Origin: Rhina ancylostomus
Lineage: Eukaryota
NCBI GenBank assembly: GCA_030265395.1
Contig: JARFYF010000063.1
Coordinates: 47,943,001-48,007,000, forward strand
Direction of reading: 5' to 3'
Length of the DNA: 64,000 nt
A program made the translations under genes and the position numbers. Within the stretch, counting starts at the first letter, position 1. Each line of letters starts with the position of its first letter. Below the pieces are notes generated by a model, which had not been told where the DNA came from, did not search any database, and saw nothing but the letters and a program-made list of their open reading frames with translations. This document shows positions 12,813 through 25,870 of the stretch, piece after piece.

Positions 12813-15469
12813 CGTGTGTTGATTGAGGTAGTTTTACTACTTGTGACACTCACACAGACATCTCAGTTCTGCTCAGTGGCGGATCCCTCTTTCATTATCC
12901 AGCAAAGCACCTTTTGGTAACATGCATTGCTGGAATTCAAAGTGCTGATTTGTGGCCAGCTCAGGAGTAACAATGTTCAGCACCTGGTACACAAAATAAT
13001 GTTATTGCCTTACAGCACGTGACGTTCCACTTGCTGATCACGCTAAAGAATCCCTTCCGTTAGTCCATTTGTCTCTGGGAGTTCAGGAGAGACAAATCAC
13101 CAGTGATGTCACTGGCTGAGACCAATAAGGATCAATGGCAACTTTTTATTTTAAATTTGCCACTGCCCAAGGACCTTCCTTGCCCTTGCCAACTTTAAAC
13201 TCACTGTTGCTTGTTCATGGAAACGTATTGCAAGTCAAAATTCTTCATCTTCATGTACCAAGCTAATACTCCAACTTGCTTTATGTAACCCTCCAACCTT
13301 TCCTATCCATATTTAGCAATGACCTATCCAACAGAAATGAACAGAAAGTATGTACTTCCTTATAAACCACCAAGAAAATGTGAACTGTGTATTACAGAGA
13401 CATTGATCTGGGGAGAAATCTGGAGACCCACTCAGCCTCTGTCCCAAGATTTACAGCAATGAAGCCGGGAAACAATAATGAAGCAGTAAAGCTTTATGTT
13501 AGTCTGATATTGATCTTGTCATTTAATTATATGGTACTTATATAATGTTATACCATAACACGCACTGCAAAAACAAAGTCAGCATTGCCAAACAACATCA
13601 GTGTTGCATGAGTAAACTGATTCAGCCTAAGGTGAAGAGGAAATGCTTCCAAGCTTTTGTTTTTTTTATTAAAAGTGTTTGATAACTATTTTGTGAAACT
13701 AGATTAAAGGCAATGTATAAACAGGAACCATTATTGATGTCAAAATTATCAGCTGTCAAACTAACATATACGTTCAAAATAGTTTTCTTGGAGTTTCGGA
13801 TGGACTTTGAGATTATTAACAAAGATTTTGAGGAAATTAGAAATTTAGGAATGTTTATTTGCATTAAGATGGACTGTTGGAATCCAATGGTTGAATTTAT
13901 AGTTAAACAGGGGAGCATACTTTTTTTGTTGCAAATCTAATGGTTGGATGGTTTTATTATAAAAAAACTTATTTTTTCAGTGCCTCATGAAAGAGTATAG
14001 ATGGCCAAAAAACAAAAGCAATTGAAGCTTTGGATATAATTGTTAATCTGGATTTCTGAATTTGACTTCAATTCTTGGTATCAAGTGTATTCAATCTGTA
14101 ACTTCAGGAAAACTTGTATAAAATTGAGGCAATGGGTAGAGTATTGTACATAAATTATAGAAAATATGAAGCAGTGATCTAATTAAAAGGTTCAGGGATC
14201 ACGAAAAAGTACAAAACCATGGATTAAATAGATTATAGATTAAATTTGAAGTCGGACCACTTGTGTGATAGATGCCAACTAAACACTCAGAAAAAGTGTG
14301 GATTTGTCTATTCATGTGTAAATAAGTTTTAATTGATAATTAGACTAAATTCTTCAAAACAACCTCCTTGTTACTAATATTTTACTTTCATCAGTGATAA
14401 CGTTGCATTGCTTTGAATTTTAATTTGAGTTTTCTAAAAGATCTTTTAAAAATTGCTTTTCCGTTCGAATTCTTCATCTCTTTTTAATGCTTCTTTGCTC
14501 TTTAGACATGATTTGGATTTGAATTAGCTATTTTAATTTACACTTGCTTGACCTTGTGTGCCTCATTGAGGGCTTTTCAACATGATTGCTTACGAAAGCA
14601 GATCCTGTCCACATACTGTAGGTCCAGATCTCCTATGGAGGCCGACACAATACCTGGTTCTCCAATTACCACAACTTCGGGCTAAGTGCAAATAAAGAGG
14701 TTGTGAGCAAGCATGAATCTAATGAATCACTTGCATCCTTTGCCACTAAATGCAAAATCTAGGCTAATATTTTCAACTTGGATCTGTCTAAAACAATGTT
14801 TAATTAATCATCCAATAAGTTAATAGCCTGGATCTTCTATCTGGGCACCAGCAGTTCTGTCAGACTGACCTACATTTCTTCACAGTTGTCCTAAAGTTCA
14901 GCACTAGCATTGGTTTAAGCTTGTAGTGGCATCTTCTTCAATGCTGCCTGTTATGCAGGGACAGTCAGCTACATGTTGCTGAATGCTTCTATGATGTTCA
15001 ATAGGACAGTGCAGATTTCCCAGGTCTCAGGCTGGGAATTCTGCTGCTCTCCCTGTGCCAGATTAAACATGGTACAAGTTGAAATCAAGGGAACAAAATA
15101 GCTGGCTGGCTGGCAAGGGTAAGAAACTCTTTTTTTCAATTTAATTTTTTATTTCTTTAAGAGTTTAATTTTTCTTAATTACAATAATCTTTTTTTTATT
15201 TGTTAATAGTTTCCATTTGATTTGAAGGTTTGTGAATATCAAAAATATGAAACATTCAATTTAAGTGATAGCTTTGACAGCTAATGAGCTTGGGGCTGGG
15301 TCAGGCAGGAAGCCAGCTATCCTGGGGTCAGGGGAACATCTGCCCCAATATTATTTCATTGCACTTTCACTTGCACTACACTTGCTTGTACTCGCCACAT
15401 CTGTCTTGCTGGAAGATCAAAAAAAGAATGCCTGTTCTGAAATGACTGCTCATGTGGTGAAAGAAATAA

Positions 15470-15635
15470 CATCAGAAAATGCTGGAAACTTTCAACAGAT
15501 CAGGGAGCTTTAGTGGCAAGAGGAATAGAGCTGATACTTCAGGTTGGTGTCTTTTCATCAGAGGCAGAACGACAGATCATTAACTTGAAATGCTAACTCT
15601 ATTTCTTTTCACTGCCAGTCATGTTGAATATTTCA
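15470..15635. mobile_element. Degenerate palindromic Penelope-pLTR-derived element
   Basis: cagaaaatgctggaaac...ttcaggttggtgtcttttcatcaga, then agatcattaacttgaaatgctaactctatttc...gttgaatatttcaaca in inverted orientation. Confidence 0.6.
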
Positions 15636-16750
15636 ACAACAATGTGTATTTATAAAGCAGATTTAACATGGTAAAATATTCCGAGGGATTTTGAAGGAAA
15701 TAAAACTCCTATGTGTGAAGATATTAGGCCAGATGACAAAAGCATGGCCATGGAGATCATGTTAAAATAGAACGGAGAGGTAAAGAGACTAAGGTTATGG
15801 GAGAGACAATTTCTGAACTTTGGGCTTTAGCAGCTGAAGGCAAAGCCACCAACAGTGGAGCGATTAAATGTGGAGATGCTCAAAAAGCACAAATACAAGG
15901 AGCTCCAGACAGTTGGAGGACTTGAAGAGATTCGGGATTTAGGGGGAAGCAAGTCCATCAAGAGATTTTAAACCAAAATGAGGATTTTTAAAAATCAAGG
16001 TGTCATTTAGTCGAGGTTCAATGTCGGTAAGTGATCACAGGGGTGATGACTGAATAGGAAATGGAGCTGCTAAGGATAAGAGCGTGAAACAGGAACACAT
16101 TGGAATAGTCGAGAGCCTTAAGTAACAAAGGAGTGGATGGGGGTTTCAGCAATAGATGGACTAAAGAAAGGGAACAAAGGTAATGTGACGAGGAAGAAAT
16201 AGGCATTCTGGGCAACGGTGTTGATAGGTAGTCCAAAATTTACCCAGGGGACAAATATTGGTTCAGTTTCAGAACATTCCCAGAAGGGGAATAATATCAT
16301 TGGCCAGGGAACAGATTTTTGTGATTGGGAAATCAAAGCCAAAGCTCTTGGTCTTCCCAGTCTTTATTTTGGGAAATTTCTGTTCATCCACCACTTAATA
16401 TCAGATGAACAATCTAAAGAGGTAGAGATGAGTATCTACATGGAAACTAAGCTGATATTCCTTAGACGTAGCATATGGATGAGGCCTGGGGTGCCAGGAT
16501 AGATCCTTGGCAAATGCCAGAGATAACATTATGGGAGTGGATAGAGAAGTGATTGCGGGTGATTCTTCGGTAACACCTGGATAAAAAGGTTAATGCAGTC
16601 CCACCTAGCCGCGCAACTGGAGAAGAATGGTGTGTGAAACATGTCAAAGGTTTCAGATAGTTCAAAAAGGACAAGGAGGGATTCACAATGGATCTCATCA
16701 GTGACTGGTAAGAGCCATTAAAGTGAAGGAGCAAAAACCTGATTGAAGGA
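15635..16750 (-). mobile_element. L2-clade LINE, decayed 3' portion
   Basis: Starts with the reverse-complemented L2 tail (aacaacaatgtgtatttataaagc...), followed by purine-rich antisense ORF2 sequence. The minus strand includes GICQGSILAP, a decayed GVPQGS RT motif. Confidence 0.65.
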
Positions 16751-16769
16751 ATTAATTGATGTTAAAGGG

Positions 16770-17570
16770 AATCTGAAACAAAAGCAGAAAACGGTGGAAG
16801 TGCTCAGCAGGTCAACAGCATCAGTGGCGAGAGAAACTTTGAGTCAAGCACCTCAACAGAACTGNNNNNNNNNNNNNNNNNNNNNNNNNNNNNNNNCAAG
16901 CATGTTCTAAGTTGCAGGGGGTGGGGGTGGAGAAAGAGTGGAAATAGATATCAGTCAAAGACTGCAGGCAAAAGTTGTCAAGATAACAATTACAAGCTGT
17001 CCCTGGGTCATGGACGCCCGACTGATGGACAATCCTACGTATGAACGAGCTCCCATAATATAATTAAATTCAAGAGTCCAATGTACATAGCTAGTTTCCT
17101 CTCTCTTCCCACTTTTAGTAATTATTCTTTCTTAGCAGCTTTGCTTTCGATGCCATTCATTACAATACTGTGGAGATGTGTTTATCAGGTCAAGTCACTT
17201 TTGTGCATTTTTTGACTAATGGACAAAATCGACTGATGGACGTCTGTAAAAACAGAATTCGTTTGTTACCTGGGGATGGTCTGTGCTTTAAAAACTGGCA
17301 GTTTGAGACAGAAAGGAAAAATGAAGCAAACTGAAACAGAAAGGTACAGCCATATCAGTAAAGACTGTGTAAAAAAAAGGGATTCATCTGAAATTGTTAA
17401 AATCAATATTAAATCCCAATGCCGATAGCATGCCCAGAAAGAAGATGAGTTGATGTTGAGCTTATGCTGGGCATCTTTTCAGCAATATAGAAGGTTGATG
17501 AACAAGAAGTCAGAGTGGGAGTAGGACAGAGAATTAAAATGATCGGAGACTGGAAGTTCAGGGCCACCCT
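16770..17570 (-). mobile_element. Penelope-like element 3' part (GIY-YIG C-terminus plus pLTR), interrupted by a MITE
   Basis: Minus strand 17560-17385 reads LPVSDHFNS...LIFFLGMLSALGFNIDFNNFR*, the typical Penelope ORF end. pLTR terminus at 16770-16865. Confidence 0.75.
16993..17283. mobile_element. Tigger/pogo-type (Tc1/mariner) MITE
   Basis: Imperfect TIRs: ta-caagctgtccctgggtcatggacg vs the reverse complement of the right end, ca-cagaccatccccaggtaacaaacg (differences mostly transitions). Subterminal cgactgatggac occurs twice. TA at the left end. Confidence 0.65.
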
Positions 17571-20500
17571 TGTATGCTCTAAGAGTTATCGAAAAGATAG
17601 GGTCAAATTTGGAAGCCTGATTTTACTTCAGACTTCCTGCATCTATAGTATTTTAGAAAATAACAGGCACATGGTGTTGACAATAATTGTGCTCTCTTTT
17701 TTGACAGGTTACTAGTTTGCTTGTTACCACATTATTTATGAATGAACAGTCATCCAAAACTCCCAGCCCCCACCTCACCCTGCCACCCATTCTCCCAAAC
17801 AAGCAGATACAATTACAGCCAGGATCCGAAATAGCAGCCACGAAACAGCAGCTCCNNNNNNNNNNGTCAGACTTAGAGAGGAATGTGAAAGGTTGAAGAG
17901 CTCAGCAAAATTTTTAAATGCAGGATGAGGCCAAAGCAAAACTCACACGCCATCGCCGATTGTGGACGGCAGATCATCTATCAGTGGACAAATGCAGGAA
18001 CTTTGGAATGCAAGTTCTCAAATGAAATAATATATCTTTTAAAAGCCAATGCCCATTTCAGGCCCAAAGCCCATACATCAAGCCACAGGCGCTTGTGGAT
18101 ACACTTTAGAGTCATTAACCTTACACCTGTCTACTCTTGTCCTTCACCATGATCCCCTGCCCTTGATTTTATTTTCACTCCCTGTTCATCTTCCTACTCT
18201 GTAATATAAAACAGAGGNNNNNNNNNNNNNNNNNNNNNNNNNNNNNGCAGGGACATAGTTACAAATCTCTGCCACGAGCACAGTGACGGTGAAAGGCAGT
18301 TTGTCAGTTCTGCACCAGGTGACCTTTGTGACACAGACATGAGGTGAAAATATCGTCAGTGAGTAAAACAACGGACCGCTGGGACTCCGATTAAATAATT
18401 AACTCCTTTGTAGAAATGGCTGCAGAGCAGATGTCATTAATATATACATTTTTTAAAAAGCAGGAACCAATGTCAAGTTTGAGCCAACTAATTTTCACAT
18501 ACATAGGCAAACTAGAAAAAGATACACAAGGCAATTTTAACCCTTTCAGTGTCCCATGTGCCAAATATATTCCTAAAGATTGAATTGTTGCCTTTGGGCA
18601 GCAGCTGAAGGACTCCCATTGTCTCTTGACCTGTCTGAGAGAATAGCATCAATTCGGGGCTGCTCATTAACTGACTGTATTGTTTATGCAGACCACGGAT
18701 GTTGTTGCAAGGCACTCTTGCAGCATTGGACAAAACTTCTCCCCTCCTCAGTAGTAAATACCTGGCATGCATTTTGCATCATTTTTCTCAGTGCCAGCAT
18801 ATGCCTTGGGATTCACATTGGCATCAGCAGGTGCCTAGGCCCTCTGTCTGCTATTTTCACAGGGAACCTGTCACGAGCAGGGAAGCCTTGTACACTGAGC
18901 TGTGAACCTGATTGATTAAATGGAAGTCTGAGATGCTCCAATAATCTCCCATAAGCATCACCACCCTCTCTGCTTAAAGTGTGCCTATTATTCCGTAAGG
19001 TAATTCATTTAGAGCCGGTTTAATTAATTTCCAGAGCTTAAAAATACAAACACAACTAACTTCAATTATTCAAAGCATATGAAGCAATCCTCTCTTAGAT
19101 GAAAATTTGAAAGCATTCATATAGCACCTTTCACATTCGTTTCTGGACTTCCAAAGTATATTACAGGAAATACTGAATGAGTTAATGGCATTCCTGTTTC
19201 AAACACTTAAATATAACCCAACAGCAGAAAACAGATGTAATACACACACTGTCCTTGCCAGCTACTCAGTTATAAGGCCATTAGTTAACAACCTTGGAGT
19301 AGATTTTCCTATTCCTGCTCTTGGTTGCATTTGGCTTCCTGAGATGGAATCGAAGAAAATCTGAATGCATTCTCATAATGGATTCTTCACAATGTTCCAC
19401 CCATTTAAACTAATGGATGGAAAGGGGTGGTCTGCGTTAAGGGTGCACTCACCCCTGTTGAGTTTCCATCACAAGCAACTCACAAGGAAAATCTGCCCCA
19501 ATGTCTACCAGATTAGGTACTTGGAAATAAATGAACAACACCCTCTCCAACCTACCCCAGCAAAATGTCCTAACTTTAGAAAGACAGCTAAACTGCATCA
19601 ATTTAACTAATATATCCAATTCCCACATCTACTCTCATATGGGCGTCTCTGAGTGAGAGTGCACAGTTAGAGATTAGGGAGAGCAAAGGATACTGATGCT
19701 CCCTAGAAATTAGACAAGGACTAACCATACTCATTTCACATTGTGTCCTTCATGACAGCAGTCAATAAGAGTCTAAACTGGTTTGAAATCCTAGTCCAAA
19801 AATTAAAGCTGCTGCACCACCCTTTGATTCAGCCCTTTGAATGTAGACATTTACCTTAGTGTAATAATGCCCCTGCTAAGCCAGTAAGCAAAGGAATGAC
19901 ATATGAAAAAAATAAACATTTCACAAACAATATCTCCAGCAGAAATTATCTGAACATCCTACTTGCTGTCATAGATTGCTACAAAACTTATAAATATTTT
20001 TTCAGATAACATGTTTTCATATATAATAGACAAACTAGACTCATCCTTTACACTCTTAATACTATNNNNNNNNNNNNNNNNNNNNNNNNNNNNNNNNNNN
20101 NNNNNNNNNNNNNNNNNNNNNNNNNNNNNNNNNNNNNNNNNNNNNNNNNNNNNNNNNNNNNNNNNATATGTTATGATATATTATGTATATCTGCTGCAAA
20201 GAATAATAGCTAGAAATTGGATTTCACCCATTTTTGGTGTCTGAATGACCATTACATTTTGCTCTGTTGCCAAATCGGGTTTCACCAAAAGTAATAGTAA
20301 AAGTGGGATAAACTTGCTTTTCAAAATTGTTTTTGTTCTTTCCTCCCTTTAAGAAAGGTTTAAACCCAATCATGGCAATTCAGTAGGCAGCTGCTGTGTT
20401 ATTCAGGGTGCCATGGAGAAACGGGGACAGGGTGATTGTGGCAAACTGTGGGGGGGATAATGGAAAACGGGGCTGTAACTGCGTGTGGGTGAAGACCCAA

Positions 20501-21559
20501 TGACAAAAGGTGCTCTGTGCTGTGTGTGGCCCCAGGTCCTGATGGTATCGGTGCCACAGACCAAGGCACCTGAGACCTGAAGATATCAGAGCATGGAGGA
20601 TTTGATCTGTGCTCAGCATGGCCGGTGGTGAGATTTATAAAGTATTAAAGTGATTGAGGGAGATTTATAAAATGTAAAAATGACATCCTAGTAGGGAACC
20701 TTTCAAATGGTGCATTATTCCCTACTTTCAGCATGATGCACTCTTTGTTGAGAGTTAATAACATAGGTTGTGACTTTTTGATCCAATTTCTGTTGGTAAG
20801 TAAATAATGGGTGATGCACACATTGATGACATCATCATGAGCGAATCCCAGTGGGAAATGACACCTGCATTAGGATGAATCATGACAGGAAGTTCCTGAT
20901 CCAGTTTCCTGATGGGGGATGTCTCAATATGAAATGGTTTCAAGCACCTCACAACATATACAAAATACACTTGCTGGGAGATTTACACATAAAACATATA
21001 AAAGCAGGTCTAATTTCCAGGCATACAGGACCACATGCAGATAATTCCTCTGGTATCAAACATAAAGTGAAAAGAATTTGTGACTCGGCAACAGCTGTAG
21101 AAAATTGTGCCCTGTCACAATATTCAATAGTACAGACTTAAAACTATGAAATTATCAAAACTTTCTCCTCAGATAATGTCCTTCACAACAGGAAAGATCA
21201 CAGAGAAATTTACTGAACAGTGTCACATGCTGCACTAAGGATTTTGGATTATTAGTTATTACTCAGATTGTGCAGGTATGGAGAATTCGTCAAACCTCAA
21301 GAACATTAAAAAGTCACGTCTAAATCAGTAAACAATAAGAAGTGATAGTTATCATTCATAATCAGTCTGTGGGAATTCTGATCCAAGTAGAAAGTTGCAT
21401 TCACCTATAGTGCACAGATGAAGCATCTCAAAATTGAAAAAGATCAAAGCTTACCACATCTAGCACTAACTTTTCTGAAAGGCAATAAAACTCTGATAAT
21501 CCACTGTCCAATTGTTTGGAATTGTCAATCATTTAGCATCTAGCTCATCAGGTGATATT

Positions 21560-21810
21560 TCCCCTGCTCCCTTTAAAATCATGGGGATGCCATTCCAGGG
21601 CCCCTTCTTGTGCTTCCTTGAAGTTCACTGAGGTCCTGTTTCCCATGGTTCCTTGAAACTCATAGGGCCCTATTTCCCACACTCCCTTTAAATTCACTTG
21701 GGTACTGTTTCCCATAGTCTATTTAAATTCATTGGTGCCCCATTTTGTGTGCTCCCTTTAGACTCATCAGTGCCCCATGCCCTAGACTCCCTTGAAATTT
21801 ATAGGGTTCA
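21560..21810. repeat. Degenerate ~33-bp minisatellite
   Basis: About 7 diverged units like ctcccttgaaattcatagggccctgtttcccatg. Confidence 0.7.
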
Positions 21811-23369
21811 CTGGAATAGTTATTATACTAGGTGGATTATCTCAAAAAATGTGAATTCTTACATCCAATGGTTCAGAAAATCTGTCAGTCTGGTACTTCC
21901 AAAGCCCTGGGCATTCTAGATTAACACTCTTACTGTAAGTGTTACTATTGGAGAAAGTGGTTGAAAGCATCTAAAGTCTCTGATCTGTATATGCAACTGG
22001 CAAATACCGAAATAATTTAGGCTAGAAACAGCACCTGGTTGATTTTGAAAACAGTTGAGGCAGAATTTCTAAAGGCCTTGGTTACACTTTTTGGTTTGTC
22101 TTTGATCATAAATGCTAATCTTTTCTTATGGAGTTAATCAAGGGCTGCCTCCCAAATTCCCATATGCCCTGTTGTTGAGAATTGCTAAATGGTCTCACTC
22201 TCAATGTTTTCACTTACACAGAACTCTGCTAGAACACAGCTACTAAAGGAGGCATGAAATTAAGCCAAGTAACAAGCAGTAACATAAATCGGGAAAATGA
22301 TTCTATGATATCAGTCAGTGGGATTCTTGCCTTTGAGTTCGAAGTAGTAGGTTTATGCTTGTTCCAGGCGTTGAGCTGATACTCTGGTTTAGATTACGGA
22401 CTGCATTCTTGCAGCAATTTTGTCCTCAGATGTTAAATCAAGGTCTTGTTTGCCTGTTTAAATGAATGTTAAACATTCCATGACACTATTCAATGAGCCC
22501 TTTCTAACACCAACCATCCTGAGTGCACTTTAATGAGAAAGCCAATTAAACTCAAATTAGGAGCAACTTTATTAAATAGGGTCCACATGGAACTGGATTG
22601 AGTCCATTTATACTCAATGAGAGCAGACCTTAAAACAGAACAGTTGGCTGAAAATAGCTGGGCATTTTGCAACCTGAAAGCTTGCTGTGATGCCTGGCAA
22701 GTGAGAAAACCCCTAGCTCTCTGCTGATCTCCCTTTAAACAATGAGCTATCCCATTACTGCAAGTTCTTCTTCTCAGGCAAGGATCACTCCCTTGCGTTG
22801 TTTCCAGTCTTTTAAACAAATACAAAATGGGAAGAATGCCATAGCTGGTGACAACAAGCTGTATTGTCCCGAGAACATCTGTTTCCGTCTCTCAGGCCGA
22901 TACATGCAGTGAGTGTGAGTGCTGGGGCCTGGGCTGGATCAGCCACAAACACTGCAGGGCAGCAGAAAGAACTGAAAATTGTTGGCATTACATCTGGCTG
23001 AGCAATCTGCAGCCAATCCACACAGGAAAAACCCTTTAAAACATGACATATTCATTCTGTTTGATTTACGTTACATTGCCTTTTTTTTCTCTCTCCCAGG
23101 ACCCTGTCTTGATTCCAAATCACTTTTGATCCCAGCCCACAGTTTCAACTGACCAACTGATTTTCCATTCACTTCCATTGGACGGCATTCCTGATCCAGG
23201 CAGCACATTTACAATCAGAAATCTGATCTAGGCACAGAATATTCTACAACTATTCAGGCCTCAGACACACTTGGCAAGCTGAGCATTGTTAGATCTGTAT
23301 AGTAAATGTCAGTTACTAAGCACATCATCAGTATTTAGCTTTGCTTTTCGTGATGAAATTGTTATTTCA

Positions 23370-23600
23370 ATTTATTTATAAAGTGCCTTTAACATCTTCA
23401 GGATGTCCTAAATCACTTCACAGCCAAAAGGAATATTATGCAGGCAAATGAGGCAGCCAGCTTGTGCACAACAAGGTCCCAAGGTAGCAGTGGGATGAAA
23501 GAGGAATCATTCTGTTTACTCCTGGTATTGTTTGAAGGAGAATATTGGCCTCGAAGGTTCTGGGAAATCATGGCCAGTGAGTCTGACATCTGTAGATAAA
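23370..23600 (-). mobile_element. Deu-domain SINE fragment
   Basis: atttataaagtgcctttaac...caggatgtcctaaatcacttcacagcc...aggcagccagcttgtgcacaacaaggtccca is the reverse complement of the SINE tail. Confidence 0.65.
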
Positions 23601-25287
23601 ATGTTAAAAGACTGTGATGAAATATGAAACACCAACATAAGGAGGAGAAGGAGAAAGAGGCTATTTGGCCACTCAAATTTGCTCAGTGGGATTCCAGAGT
23701 CATCGTGTCACAGACTGGTTTATCCATGTTCCCACATTATTCCCGTATTTCTTTGGTGTCTAAACAAAATTCCGTTAGTGCCCAAGAAGTCAGCACGACT
23801 TTAAGAAAGGGAGATCAGGCTTGGCAAAATAGAATTTTTTGAGGAAGGTTAGATAAAAAGGAAACTAGACCCTTGACTGCCAGGAATGACCAGCTTTAGT
23901 TAACAACAGGTCCTGCAGATACTGCAACTCATTTCATTACAGCAATGAGGGTTAAAAGCAGATCTTATCGAGGTGATCAAAGGTTTTGATAGAGTAAATC
24001 AGGAAATATTACCAATCAGATTAGCAGAACAATAAGATACAGTAATTTGCTCTTAGTCAGAGCTGTTAAACATGAGGTGTCCCATCATAAAACAAATTCA
24101 TAAAGTTTTAAAATAAAAAGTGGGTAGCTCTTTTAGAGGATTGGTATTGGCTTGACAGACCAAATGTACTCCTGTAACTGCATGGTCTACATACCCACTT
24201 TCTGCAGAAAAGCAACAAATAATGAGTGAGGTTTCTCACAGGATGCCTTTGTCTGTGTGTAATTTCATAGAATAACCTCAGTACTACANNNNNNNNNNNN
24301 NNNNNNNNNNNNNNNNNNNNNNNNNNNNNNNNNNNNNNNNNNNNNNNNNNNNNNNNNNNNNNNNNNNNNNNNNNNNNNNNNNNNNNNNNNNNNNNNNNNN
24401 NNNNNNNNNNNNNNNNNNNNNNNNNNNNNNNNNNNNNNNNNNNNNNNNNNNNNNNNNNNNNNNNNNNNNNNNNNNNNNNNNNNNNNNNNNNNNNNNNNNN
24501 NNNNAATTTTGGTTGGTTCAAGTTAGGCATCATCAATTGCACTTTAAGCACGAGCAGATTAATTTCTACCCCTTTGGATGCCAATATGGCTGTAACACTT
24601 TTTACGTTCACTGAACAGCAAAAGCTCTTCATGAGCTGAGTAACTGCTACTTAACTGCAATTTCTTCTTTATTTCAGACTAGATTTGTGGAAAAATACTG
24701 GACTGATATTGTCAGGCAAAGGTACAGTCAGTATGTTCCAGCAGCTGATGGTGATCAACATCGCAACAAGCTACTGCTCAGCAACCAAATTACTGAGCTT
24801 TAACTGTATTAAAACAACAAATCAAGAACTACTGGGTCTGTGCTAGGAACTTCATCCCTTTTATTGGTCTCCCTGCACATGTGTTAAAACACTGAGCTTC
24901 CTTAATGGGTTAAGGCTATTTTTAGGGAGACTGATTGAAATTTTGATTGTCCATGCACAGAGCCATGATCTGCCCTAAATCACTCACCCAATCTCATGCC
25001 TCAAGTAGCAAGTTTCTATGCTACTTTTACAAACAGTTTTAGTAACAAATATCAGTCTTTCCATTAAAGCTGATGTTTTATGTTTTCTAAGCTGAACTGT
25101 ACTCATACCCTTTTTTTTGACAGAAACAACTGATCATGTCAAGTCATTCTCAATGTCTGGTTACAGACTTCAGCCCTCTTTCAGAGCACTTAGCTCATTA
25201 GGTTATTACATAGCACTGTGCAAAAATGAATTAATGAGCTTATACTAACAATTTTGGGGTTTACACCAACATCAATAGCAGACAAGA

Positions 25288-25462
25288 CTCAAAAAATGCT
25301 GGAAATAATCAGCAGGTCAAGCAGCATCTGTAGAAAAGTTACCAAGTTAATATTTCAGGTCAATGATCTTTCATCAGTTCAGATTATTGACCTGAAATGT
25401 GAAATCTGTTTCTTTCCCTCCCGATGTATTTTGAATTTCCAGCAGATTTTTGCTTTCAGATT
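25288..25462. mobile_element. Palindromic Penelope-pLTR-derived element
   Basis: aaaatgctggaaataatcagcaggtcaagcagcatctg...tttcaggtcaatgatctttcatcagttc joined to agattattgacctgaaatg...ctgtttct...tttccagcagattttt in inverted orientation. Confidence 0.75.
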
Positions 25463-25464
25463 AT

Positions 25465-25870
25465 AATACTCTTGCTTTGAAGTCAGAAAATTATGTGTTA
25501 ATTCTCATTCCAGAGACTTGAGTACAAATTCTAGGCTGACACACCATAGAGGTAGTGGATAGAGAAAGGGCTGTCACAAGTGTTGTCTTTTGGGTGAGAT
25601 GCCAAGCCATGAACCAGTTTGCTGGTTATATCAGGTGGATATAAAAGACACATTTTAAGAAGAGCAGGGTGTCTTACCCAGTGTCTTTGCTGAGATGTTT
25701 ATCCCTCAGTAAAACAGATTTATCTTCTCATCAGCACACTGCTGCTTACTGAACTTGCTCTATGCATTTAGTCTATTATGTTTCCCTCTATTACAATGGT
25801 GGCACCATTTCATTGGCTATAAGCATTCTGGGACATCATGGAAAATGCTATTTGGATAAAATCTTTTCTC
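25465..25870 (+). mobile_element. Deu-domain SINE (SacSINE1-like), nearly full length
   Basis: tRNA-like head (actcttgctttgaagtcagaa...ccagagacttgagtacaaattctaggctgacac), Deu core (caggtggatataaaagac...aagaagagcaggg), L2-like tail (ttcattggctataagcattctgggacatc). Confidence 0.8.

Noticed and set aside
12148-12822. 224-aa plus-strand ORF
   Set aside because: Antisense Tx1 sequence plus pLTR read through an N gap; no host protein similarity.
18247-18270. 24-nt match gcagggacatagttacaaatctct to 49049-49072
   Set aside because: Short, and most likely part of an unclassified interspersed repeat; both copies are next to gaps, so it cannot be resolved.
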